DNA from: a virus
Taxonomy: Duplodnaviria; Caudoviricetes
IMG/VR virus record: IMGVR_UViG_3300048598_000451
Span: 1 to 57,408 of that record
Strand: one strand, 5' to 3'
DNA: 57,408 bases
Shown: positions 37,746-45,652 of the stretch, one piece after another
Layout of the letters: each line of letters begins with the position of its first letter
How positions within the stretch are numbered: the first letter of the stretch is position 1
Position numbers and translations under genes: made by a program
Notes under the pieces: model-generated
Database searches by the model: none
What the model saw: only the letters and a program-made list of their open reading frames with translations
What the model was told of the DNA's origin: nothing

Positions 37746-37991
37746 TCAGTACTCCAGCCCCTTGGCGTCGACCCCGCTGCGGTCTCCCAGGTCGGCCAGC
37801 ACGTAGGCGAGCTGCTCAGTGATCCGGCCGAGGTCGCCGGCGTAGCCCCAATCGGCGGGCTCTGCAGCCTGGCGCTTCTGGTGGTCGGCCAGGCGGCTGG
37901 CGATGCGTTTCAGCAGGTCCTGGGCTTCTGCGTGCCGTTCGGCGTAGCAGCCTGCGGCGGTCTGCTTGGTGGTCTTGGTGGTGCGTTGCAT
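37746..37991 (-). CDS. Small helical hypothetical protein
   Basis: ADWGYAGDLGRITEQL; start at 37991 or 38000; no SD. Confidence 0.7.
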   Translation of the reverse strand: MQRTTKTTKQTAAGCYAERHAEAQDLLKRIASRLADHQKRQAAEPADWGYAGDLGRITEQLAYVLADLGDRSGVDAKGLEY

Positions 37992-38076
37992 CGAACACAT
38001 GAATCGCTTCGGTGGGCCGGAATAGCAAGGGAATCTTCCAGAGAATCTTCGAGGCGATTGTCAGGCGAAGAAGCCG

Positions 38077-38280
38077 ATGTACACGGACCAGCAATTGCAG
38101 GCGTTGCGCGACGCTCTGGCCAACGGGGTGCGCCGCGTCCGGTTTGGCGATCGCGAGATCGAATACCGGACTGTCGAGGAGTTGAAGGAAGCCATCGCCG
38201 CTGCTGAAGCGGATGTGACGAAGAACAGCGGGACACCGGTGATCCGGCAGATCCGCGTACAGACGCAGAAGGGCCTTTGA
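38077..38280 (+). CDS. gpW-like head-tail joining protein
   Basis: GVRRVRFGDREIEYRTVEEL, directly before the portal gene. Confidence 0.8.
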   Translation: MYTDQQLQALRDALANGVRRVRFGDREIEYRTVEELKEAIAAAEADVTKNSGTPVIRQIRVQTQKGL

Positions 38281-39737
38281 CCACAGTGGGGTTCTGGAAT
38301 CGACTCCGGGCGGTGTTGCCCAAGTTCCGTTCTGCTTCGGATTACGAAGCTGCCGCGGCAACTCGGCGCACCACCGGCTGGGCGCCCTCTACGGGCGACA
38401 TCAACACGCTCGTGTTCCAGAGCGTCGACACGCTGCGATCGCGTTCGCGGGACATGGTGCGCCGGAACCCCTGGGCCACAAACGCACTCGACGCGTTCAT
38501 CGGGAACTGCATCGGCACCGGGATCAAGCCGCAGTCGCAGCATCCGGACGCCGACGTCAAGGAACAGATCCAGGCGCTGTGGCTGAAGTGGACCGACGAG
38601 GCCGATGCCTCCGGCCTCACGGATTTCTATGGTCTGCAGGCGCTCGCCTGCAGGTCGGTGATGGAGGCCGGCGAGTGCCTGGTGCGGCTGCGGCCGCGAC
38701 TGCCGAAGGACGGGTTGTCGGTCCCGCTGCAGCTCCAAGTTCTCGAAGCCGAACATCTGCCGACGAACGAGACGCGGAAGCTGGAGAACGGCAACTACGT
38801 TCGCGCGGGGATTGAGTTCAACGGGATCGGCAAGAGAGTCGCCTATCGGATCTATCGAGAACATCCCGGTGACGCGCTGAACCCGATGGCCTCCACCGAG
38901 ATTGTGCGCGTGACTGCTGACTCCGTGCTTCATCTATTCCGCCCCCTCCGTCCGGGGCAACTGCGTGGGCAGCCGTGGCTGACCCAGGTTCTCATCAAGC
39001 TCTACGAGCTCGACCAATACGATGACGCCGAGTTGGTTCGGAAGAAGACGGCGGCGATGTTCGCGGGCTTCGTCACAAAGAATGCCCCTCAGGATTCGTT
39101 GCTCGGTGAAGCGAATCCAGACGCGACCGGCGCCGCACTGGCGGGTCTGGAGCCGGGGACACTTCAGGTGTTGCTGCCTGGCGAGGACGTGAAGTTCTCC
39201 TCGCCCGCCGATGTGGGAGCGACGTATGAAACCTTCATGCGCGTGCAGCTCCGCTCGATCGCTGCGGGTATGGGGATCACCTACGAGCAGCTGACCGGTG
39301 ATCTCACTGGCGTCAACTACTCCTCGATCCGGGCTGGCTTGCTGGAGTTCCGCCGGCGTTGCGAGCAGTTCCAGCACCAGGTGATTGTCTTCCAGATGTG
39401 CCGCCCGATCTGGAGGGCTTGGATCGACGCTGCGGTGTTGAGCGGCGCGCTGCCGAAGCCGCAGGATCTCGCGCTCTATTACGACGTGAAGTGGATTCCG
39501 CCAGGCTTTGCCTGGGTCGATCCGCTGAAGGACATCAAGGCCCAGATCATGGCGGTGCGGGCTGGCTTCAAGAGCCGCGCCGAGGTTGTCTCCGAACAGG
39601 GTTACGACGTCGAAGGCATCGACAGTGAGATTGCGGCCGACAACGCTCGCGCCGATTCGCTCGGCAACAAGTATGACTCCGATCCGCGAAAGGAACCGAA
39701 TGCACCCGCTACCTCATCTGGCGACGCGAATCTTTGA
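38277..39737 (+). CDS. Portal protein, lambda family
   Basis: LRSRSRDMVRRN, RPGQLRGQP, NYSSIRAGLLEF and WVDPLKD. Confidence 0.92.
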   Translation: MTTVGFWNRLRAVLPKFRSASDYEAAAATRRTTGWAPSTGDINTLVFQSVDTLRSRSRDMVRRNPWATNALDAFIGNCIGTGIKPQSQHPDADVKEQIQALWLKWTDEADASGLTDFYGLQALACRSVMEAGECLVRLRPRLPKDGLSVPLQLQVLEAEHLPTNETRKLENGNYVRAGIEFNGIGKRVAYRIYREHPGDALNPMASTEIVRVTADSVLHLFRPLRPGQLRGQPWLTQVLIKLYELDQYDDAELVRKKTAAMFAGFVTKNAPQDSLLGEANPDATGAALAGLEPGTLQVLLPGEDVKFSSPADVGATYETFMRVQLRSIAAGMGITYEQLTGDLTGVNYSSIRAGLLEFRRRCEQFQHQVIVFQMCRPIWRAWIDAAVLSGALPKPQDLALYYDVKWIPPGFAWVDPLKDIKAQIMAVRAGFKSRAEVVSEQGYDVEGIDSEIAADNARADSLGNKYDSDPRKEPNAPATSSGDANL

Positions 39738-40908
39738 CACGCCGCTCCTGATCGCGCCGCAGAAGCTCGAGGTGATCCTGGCGGCGCTCGCCCCGCGTCT
39801 GGGGATCGAGGCTCCACCTGTCTCCGCGGCCGTTTCGGTCGAGAGAGCTTCCCGCAAGCCCTATGAGGTGACGCCGGACGGCATCGCCATCATTCCGGTC
39901 GAAGGGACACTGGTGCACAAGACGCGCGGCATTGACGCACTCTCGGGGCTGCGTTCCTACGTGGATATCCAGCAGGAGATTGAGGATGCGGCGACGGATC
40001 CCACGATCAAAGGCATCCTGCTCGAAATCGATTCGCCTGGCGGCGAGGTGGCGGGCGCCTTCGATGTGGCCGACACCGTTTACTCGGCGCGCGCCACTAA
40101 ACCACTGATCGCCGTTGCTAACAACGACGCGTTCAGCGCCGCCTATCTGCTCGCCTCTGCCGCACAGCGCATCTACGTGAGCCGGACCTCAGGGGTCGGC
40201 AGCGTTGGAGTCATCGTCAGCCATCTCGACCTGAGCGGCAACGACGAGAAGATGGGCTACCGCTACACCATCGTCAGCGCCGGCGCCCGCAAGGCCGACT
40301 TCAATCCACACGCACCACTCAGTGAAGAGGCCAAGAGCGTCTTGGAGGGCGAAATCGCGCGCACCTACGGATTGCTGGTGAATACAGTTGCCCGCAATCG
40401 AGGCCTGCCGGAGGCTGCCGTACGTGGCACCGAGGCCGGGCTCTTCTTCGGCAGCGACGCAGTCAACGTGAAGTTTGCCGATCGCCTCGGCACGCGCCAG
40501 GATGCTCTGGCGGATCTGCGCGCCGTGATCGCACCAGCAGGAGTCTCAATTCAAACCCAAGGGAGAACCAGTATGCACGAAGAACCGCTCGCGGCGGAGC
40601 CCCAGGCCTCTGCCGTCGATCTTGACGCCATCCGCGCGGAGGCACGAAGGCAGGGCTACGCCGATGCGCGGGAAATCGTAGAACTCTGCGCGCTCGCGGG
40701 CATGCCCGCCCGGGCGGCCGCACTTCTGGCGAGGGATGTCAGCCCCGCCGAGGCTCGGCAGCACCTGATGGAAGCGCGCGCCGCGGAGGACGCAACCGAG
40801 GTCCGCTCTCACGTCATGCCCGACACCGGCACCAGCGTAAAGACGAATCCCGACAACAATCCGGTCATGAAGGCCGTCGAACGCCTCGCCGGGAAAGGAG
40901 TCAACTAA
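39700..40908 (+). CDS. S49 head-maturation protease with C-terminal scaffold (lambda C-like)
   Basis: IDSPGGEV, AFSAAYLLAS and GVGSVGV. Confidence 0.9.
   Translation: MHPLPHLATRIFDTPLLIAPQKLEVILAALAPRLGIEAPPVSAAVSVERASRKPYEVTPDGIAIIPVEGTLVHKTRGIDALSGLRSYVDIQQEIEDAATDPTIKGILLEIDSPGGEVAGAFDVADTVYSARATKPLIAVANNDAFSAAYLLASAAQRIYVSRTSGVGSVGVIVSHLDLSGNDEKMGYRYTIVSAGARKADFNPHAPLSEEAKSVLEGEIARTYGLLVNTVARNRGLPEAAVRGTEAGLFFGSDAVNVKFADRLGTRQDALADLRAVIAPAGVSIQTQGRTSMHEEPLAAEPQASAVDLDAIRAEARRQGYADAREIVELCALAGMPARAAALLARDVSPAEARQHLMEARAAEDATEVRSHVMPDTGTSVKTNPDNNPVMKAVERLAGKGVN
40573..40908 (+). CDS. Nested in-frame scaffold protein (lambda Nu3-like)
   Basis: Internal AAGGGAG SD before an in-frame ATG at the protease/scaffold boundary. 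Confidence 0.55.
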   Translation: MHEEPLAAEPQASAVDLDAIRAEARRQGYADAREIVELCALAGMPARAAALLARDVSPAEARQHLMEARAAEDATEVRSHVMPDTGTSVKTNPDNNPVMKAVERLAGKGVN

Positions 40909-40909
40909 C

Positions 40910-41284
40910 ATGCCCGTTCAATCTGAACAGAACTATCTCGGCGACTGGCTGAAGTACGAAGACGAGAGCCTCTACAGCCGCGATGAAGTGGTGGTCGTCT
41001 CCGGCCAGAACCTGGCCACCGGCACGGTGGTCGGCATCATCACGGCGAGCGGCAAGGTGACGCAACTCGCGCCGGCCGCCAGCGACGGTTCGCAGAACGC
41101 CGCCGGCGTGCTACTGCTGCCGGTGGATGCGTCCTCGGCCGACAAGGGCGGCGTGATCATCGCACGCCACGCGATCTGCTCGGACAAGAAGCTCGTCTGG
41201 CCGGGTGGCATCACCACACCCCAGAAGACCACGGCCATCGGCCAACTGAAGACCCTGGGCATTCTCGTCCGGGAAGGAGCCTAA
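40910..41284 (+). CDS. Head decoration protein (gpD-like)
   Basis: YSRDEVVV...GTVVG...DGSQNAAGVL, between the protease and major capsid genes. Confidence 0.85.
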   Translation: MPVQSEQNYLGDWLKYEDESLYSRDEVVVVSGQNLATGTVVGIITASGKVTQLAPAASDGSQNAAGVLLLPVDASSADKGGVIIARHAICSDKKLVWPGGITTPQKTTAIGQLKTLGILVREGA

Positions 41285-41287
41285 CCC

Positions 41288-42295
41288 ATGATGCTGAACC
41301 CCTTTTCGACTGACGCCTTCAACATGACGGCGCTCACCGCTGCTATCAACAAGATCCCGAACACCTACGGGCGCCTGGAGCAGTTGAACCTGATGACGCC
41401 GCAGGGCGTGCGGACGCGCACCATCATCATCGAGGAGATGAGCGGGGTGCTGAACCTGCTGCCCACGCAGCCCGTGGGTGCGCCCGGTACCGTCGGCACC
41501 ACCGGCAAGCGGAAGGTGCGCTCGTTCGTGATCCCGCACATCCCGCACGATGATGCTGTGCTGCCCGAGGAAGTCCAAGGCATCCGGGCGTTCGGCTCGG
41601 AGACGGAGACCGACGCCCTGGCGAACCTGCTGGCGCTGAAGCTGCAGAACATGCGGAACAAGCACGCCATCACGCTCGAGTACCTGCGCATGGGAGCGCT
41701 CAAGGGCGTGATCCTCGACGCGGACGGCTCGACGCTCTACGACCTGTACAGCGAGTTCGGCATCACGGCCAAGACCGTGGCGTTCGCGCTGGGCACGGCC
41801 GGAACCGAAGTGCTGCTGAAGGTGCTTGAAGTGAAGCGCCACATCGAGGACAACCTCAAGGGCGAGTTCATGACGGGCATCCTGTGCCTGTGCTCGCAGG
41901 GCTTCTACGACGCCTTCACCACGCACGCGAAGGTGAAAGAGGCCTTCCAGTACTACCAGCGCAACCAGCAACTCGGCAATGACTACCGCACCGGCTTCAC
42001 CTTCGGCGGCGTGACCTTCGAGGAGTATCGTGGGCAGGCGACCGATGCTTCCGGAAACGTGCGGAAGTTCATCGCGGACGACGAGGCGCACTTCTTCCCG
42101 CTGGGCACGGCCAACACCTTCCGGACGTTCTTCGCGCCGGCGGACTTCAACGAGACGGCGAACACCCTGGGCCTGCCGCTGTATGCCAAGCAGGAACCGC
42201 GGAAGTTCGGGCGCGGCACTGACCTGCACACGCAGCAGAACCCGTTGCCCATCTGCCTGCGGCCGGAAGTGCTCGTGAAGGGCACGAAGACCTAA
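41288..42295 (+). CDS. Major capsid protein (lambda E family)
   Basis: LTAAINKIP, TLEYLRMGALKG, FGGVTFEEY and NPLPICLRP. Confidence 0.92.
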   Translation: MMLNPFSTDAFNMTALTAAINKIPNTYGRLEQLNLMTPQGVRTRTIIIEEMSGVLNLLPTQPVGAPGTVGTTGKRKVRSFVIPHIPHDDAVLPEEVQGIRAFGSETETDALANLLALKLQNMRNKHAITLEYLRMGALKGVILDADGSTLYDLYSEFGITAKTVAFALGTAGTEVLLKVLEVKRHIEDNLKGEFMTGILCLCSQGFYDAFTTHAKVKEAFQYYQRNQQLGNDYRTGFTFGGVTFEEYRGQATDASGNVRKFIADDEAHFFPLGTANTFRTFFAPADFNETANTLGLPLYAKQEPRKFGRGTDLHTQQNPLPICLRPEVLVKGTKT

Positions 42296-42297
42296 CC

Positions 42298-42603
42298 ATG
42301 AGCAGTTGGGAGTCGGCGGTAAGTGGACTGAATGCGGCCGTCGTGAATGCGTTCGGCCGCGAGGTCCTCTACCTGCCCGAGGCTGGTGGGCAGGCCACGG
42401 TCCGCGCGGTGTTTCAGACCGCGCGGGAGACGGAGGATGCCTCACCTGGCGTGTACGCGGTGCTCTTCGTCCGACTAGCGGATTTAGCGGCGGTGCCAGT
42501 CCGCGGCGACGAGGTCGAGATCGGCGGTACCCGGTACAAGGTGTTCGACATCGAAGCGGACGCCGAGGGTGCCGCCGTGTTGAGACTGCGACAGGTGAAC
42601 TGA
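42298..42603 (+). CDS. Head-tail joining protein (FII-like)
   Basis: Position and PVRGDEVEIGGTRYKV. Confidence 0.7.
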   Translation: MSSWESAVSGLNAAVVNAFGREVLYLPEAGGQATVRAVFQTARETEDASPGVYAVLFVRLADLAAVPVRGDEVEIGGTRYKVFDIEADAEGAAVLRLRQVN

Positions 42604-43058
42604 TGCCCAGCGTCCGGGTCTACCAGAAGAAGCAACTGCGGCTCGATCTGCTCAATTTCCGCCAGCGGCAGATGTATGAGCTGGGCGGCACGGGCGTTAC
42701 GGCGGTGAAGGCACGATTGGGCACTGCGCAGGGTCCCGGCGACAGTGCTGCCAAGCCACTCACCAAACGCTACGCGATCTTCAAGACGCGGAAGGGTAAG
42801 GGTAACCGCCGCAACCTCACCTTTACCGGCGACCTGCTGCGCAACTTCCAGGTGCGCACGGTCAGCGAGAACCGGGCCAAGGCGAGCGTCTCAACACGCA
42901 AGGACCGGATCAAGGCCTGGGCCAACCAGAAGCGGGAGGAGTGGATGGTGTTCTCGCCGAAAAACAAGGCCGTCGTCGTCGAGGCGGCGCGCAAGATGTT
43001 GGACGCGATGAAGCCTCGCCTGCTGGTGGAGAAAGTCCTCGGAGGCAAGCAGCGATGA
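42603..43058 (+). CDS. Basic neck/tail-completion protein
   Basis: TGATG coupling; KPLTKRY...NLTFTGDLL; position. Confidence 0.65.
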   Translation: MPSVRVYQKKQLRLDLLNFRQRQMYELGGTGVTAVKARLGTAQGPGDSAAKPLTKRYAIFKTRKGKGNRRNLTFTGDLLRNFQVRTVSENRAKASVSTRKDRIKAWANQKREEWMVFSPKNKAVVVEAARKMLDAMKPRLLVEKVLGGKQR

Positions 43059-43528
43059 TCAACCCGGCGGATCTTGTGGATGGCCTGGTCGCGCTCCTGC
43101 GGGATATCCCGGAACTGGTTGGCGAGATGGGCGGCGATGAGCAGCGCATCTATGCCTACCACGATCAGTTCCCGAAGCGCGCGAGCCTCGCGAACGCCAT
43201 CCACATGGCGCCGTCACCATCGATCATGGCCACATGGCAAGGCACCACGCCGGGCACATTTGGAGGCGTCGATGTCTGGAAGCACCAGGTGACCTTGTAC
43301 CTGCGCACGCGGGAGACCTTCGACGGCGATCCGCCGACCGCCTACTACCGGCTGTTCAGGCTGATTACCAAGGGAGTACCGGCCTCAGTTGGGGTGCCGA
43401 TGGTGAACGCCACCGTGCATCCGTCTTGTTACCCGATGGATCTGCCGCTCATCCAGCGGCAGACCGATGCCGAGGGCCTCGATTACTTCGAGGTTCCGCT
43501 CACGTTCACGGAGATGGGAGATGAGTGA
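43055..43528 (+). CDS. Probable tail terminator protein
   Basis: ATGA coupling; size and position before the tail tube gene. Confidence 0.6.
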   Translation: MINPADLVDGLVALLRDIPELVGEMGGDEQRIYAYHDQFPKRASLANAIHMAPSPSIMATWQGTTPGTFGGVDVWKHQVTLYLRTRETFDGDPPTAYYRLFRLITKGVPASVGVPMVNATVHPSCYPMDLPLIQRQTDAEGLDYFEVPLTFTEMGDE

Positions 43529-43697
43529 AACCGTCTGGATGTTGCCCCCGCACGGGCAAGGCGAGCCGCGCGAGGTGGAAGCCACGCCAGCCCAGCTAGT
43601 GCCGCTCATGATTACGGGGTGGAGCCAGTGCCCGCCACCGGAGAAGGAGAACCATGTCGACGACGAGACTCCAAGAAATTCAGATCTGCTTCGGTAA
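43521..43697 (+). CDS. Small hypothetical virion-region protein
   Basis: GGAG SD; overlaps both neighbours. Confidence 0.5.
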   Translation: MSETVWMLPPHGQGEPREVEATPAQLVPLMITGWSQCPPPEKENHVDDETPRNSDLLR

Positions 43698-44697
43698 GGG
43701 CAAGCAGACCGACATCGCGACGGCTCAAACTGCTGCCAACATGTGGCAGTTGCGGAAGCTCAACGCCGCGCTGGCCAACCCGAAGCTCAACACTGAGAAC
43801 GACGCCGAGGAGTACGGCAAGGGTCACGAGTTTCCGACCCAGACCTTCAAGACGTCCTGGGACGTGAGTGGGACGTTGGAGAAGTACCTCAGCGCCGAGA
43901 TCGCGGCTTGGGCCATGGCGTTCGGGCTGGGGAAGGTGGTGAAGTCCGGCACAACGCCGAATTTCACGTACACCTGCACGCCGCTATTCCCGGCGAACGG
44001 CGATGCCGCTGAGCTGCCGTACTTCTCTTTCGTCGAGCAGATTCGCCCCGGCGCGGGCGTCGTGCTGGACCGGATGGCCGTCGGCTGCGCGGTCGAATCG
44101 TGGCAACTTACCGTCGGTTCCGGTCCGGGTCGCGCCAACTCGAAGATCAACGTCGAGTTTGTCGGCTCCGGCAAGGTCACTGACTCCGCCACGGGCATTA
44201 CGATGCCGGCAGCGACCGCTGAGAAGCTGCTGCCTTCGGCCTCCCTGACCCTTACCATCAACGGCGTCGACTACGTCACCAACAAGAACATCGTCTCGCT
44301 CGAGACGGGATGGAAGAACAATCTCCGGATGGACGCGGGCTTCTTCCCCGGCTCCGGGTTCCAGTCCGTCGGCGATGGGTCTTCCGGCGCGATCCGCGGC
44401 CGCCTCGAGTTCGGCAACCGCCAGGGCAACCTCAAGTTCGTCGCCCGGTTTGAGAACGGTTCGACGGAGTACACGAAGCTGAAGGCCCAGACCACGGGCA
44501 CGGCGGTCATCAACCTCTCGTTCGACACGAACAACTCCCTGCAGATCACTTGGCAGAAGATCGCCTACGCCACCACGGAGCTCGCTGAAACGGACGGCAT
44601 CCTCACGGTGGCCGTCGACTGCACGCCGCTCTACGACTCGACCAACGGCATCATCACCGCCGTGGCCAAGTGCAACGTGGATCAGATCTGCCAGTAA
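43654..44697 (+). CDS. Major tail (tube) protein
   Basis: AAGGAG SD; 347 aa, Thr/Gly-rich and beta-rich, upstream of the chaperone and tape measure genes. Confidence 0.75.
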   Translation: MSTTRLQEIQICFGKGKQTDIATAQTAANMWQLRKLNAALANPKLNTENDAEEYGKGHEFPTQTFKTSWDVSGTLEKYLSAEIAAWAMAFGLGKVVKSGTTPNFTYTCTPLFPANGDAAELPYFSFVEQIRPGAGVVLDRMAVGCAVESWQLTVGSGPGRANSKINVEFVGSGKVTDSATGITMPAATAEKLLPSASLTLTINGVDYVTNKNIVSLETGWKNNLRMDAGFFPGSGFQSVGDGSSGAIRGRLEFGNRQGNLKFVARFENGSTEYTKLKAQTTGTAVINLSFDTNNSLQITWQKIAYATTELAETDGILTVAVDCTPLYDSTNGIITAVAKCNVDQICQ

Positions 44698-44708
44698 GGA
44701 ACGACTTC

Positions 44709-45326
44709 ATGGAAACGACAACTCCTGTTTTCGACGCGACCCGCCCGGTCGCCATCAACCTGCGCACGCCGGAAGGTCTGAAGACCATCAGGGTCCGCTT
44801 CCCGAGCGATGCTGAGTGGACGGAACGCCAGCGACGCCGGAAGGTGATCATCAAGCAACTCGGCCGTGGAGTGTCCGAGACGACCGTCGCCAACGCGGAA
44901 GACGGCGAGGCCGCGCTACTGGCCAAAATCCGCGAGGGCGAAGAGCCGGCGGTGGATGCTTTCGAAGCCAGCCGGATCATCGACCAGTTGAGCCAGGCCG
45001 AGGTTGATGACGTGGTCCAGGCCGGCGATACGTTCCGTGTCTCGACCCGGGTGCTGGGCGGCGTCACCGGCCACATCCTCAAGATGCCCTCGGCGAAGGA
45101 CGTCTTCGAATACCGGCGCAGCTTCGCCCGGATCCTCGACCTCCCCTTCAACCGCCAGGAACTCACCATCAACCTGGCCGCCGCTGGCACTCTATATAAG
45201 AAGTTGTCTCAGGGCGCGGAAGGCTACGCCGGCGAGGTGCCCGTCATCCACCAGGCCGTCGCGGTGAAGGCGGCGATCGACGCGCTCGAGGCGGGCTTCC
45301 AGGAAGACCGGGACCCAAACTTCTGA
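44709..45326 (+). CDS. Tail assembly chaperone (gpG-like)
   Basis: Between tube and tape measure genes; ends in the slippery site C CCA AAC. Confidence 0.75.
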   Translation: METTTPVFDATRPVAINLRTPEGLKTIRVRFPSDAEWTERQRRRKVIIKQLGRGVSETTVANAEDGEAALLAKIREGEEPAVDAFEASRIIDQLSQAEVDDVVQAGDTFRVSTRVLGGVTGHILKMPSAKDVFEYRRSFARILDLPFNRQELTINLAAAGTLYKKLSQGAEGYAGEVPVIHQAVAVKAAIDALEAGFQEDRDPNF

Positions 45327-45652
45327 CCGGGGAGTGGCCGGAACAGCCCTCCCTCCGGTACCTGGTCCACTGGGCCCTCCGGCGCGATGAAATCTGCGAT
45401 CCGGGGTTGTGCCCGGATGCGCCGGACGGCGGCCGCTGTGATCACTGCCCGCTGGACCGTCTGGATGCAGCCCAGTCCTCCGAAACCGGCCTGCTCGTCC
45501 GCCGAGCCATCGACCTCCGCACAGCCCTGAAGCTGGGTGTGCGGATTGGACTCGACGAGATCCGGGCCGATGAGTTCCTCGCCATGCTCGTCCTCGAAGA
45601 AGAACGTGACCGTTTGGACCGCGAACAGTTAAACAACCGTGGCCGACAATAA
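45314..45652 (+). CDS. gpT-like -1 frameshift extension of the tail chaperone
   Basis: The -1 frame is open from the CCCAAAC heptamer: LLTGEWPEQPSLRYLVHWALRRDEICDPGLCPDAPDGGRCDHC..., ending at 45652. Confidence 0.7.
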   Translation, partial: PKLLTGEWPEQPSLRYLVHWALRRDEICDPGLCPDAPDGGRCDHCPLDRLDAAQSSETGLLVRRAIDLRTALKLGVRIGLDEIRADEFLAMLVLEEERDRLDREQLNNRGRQ

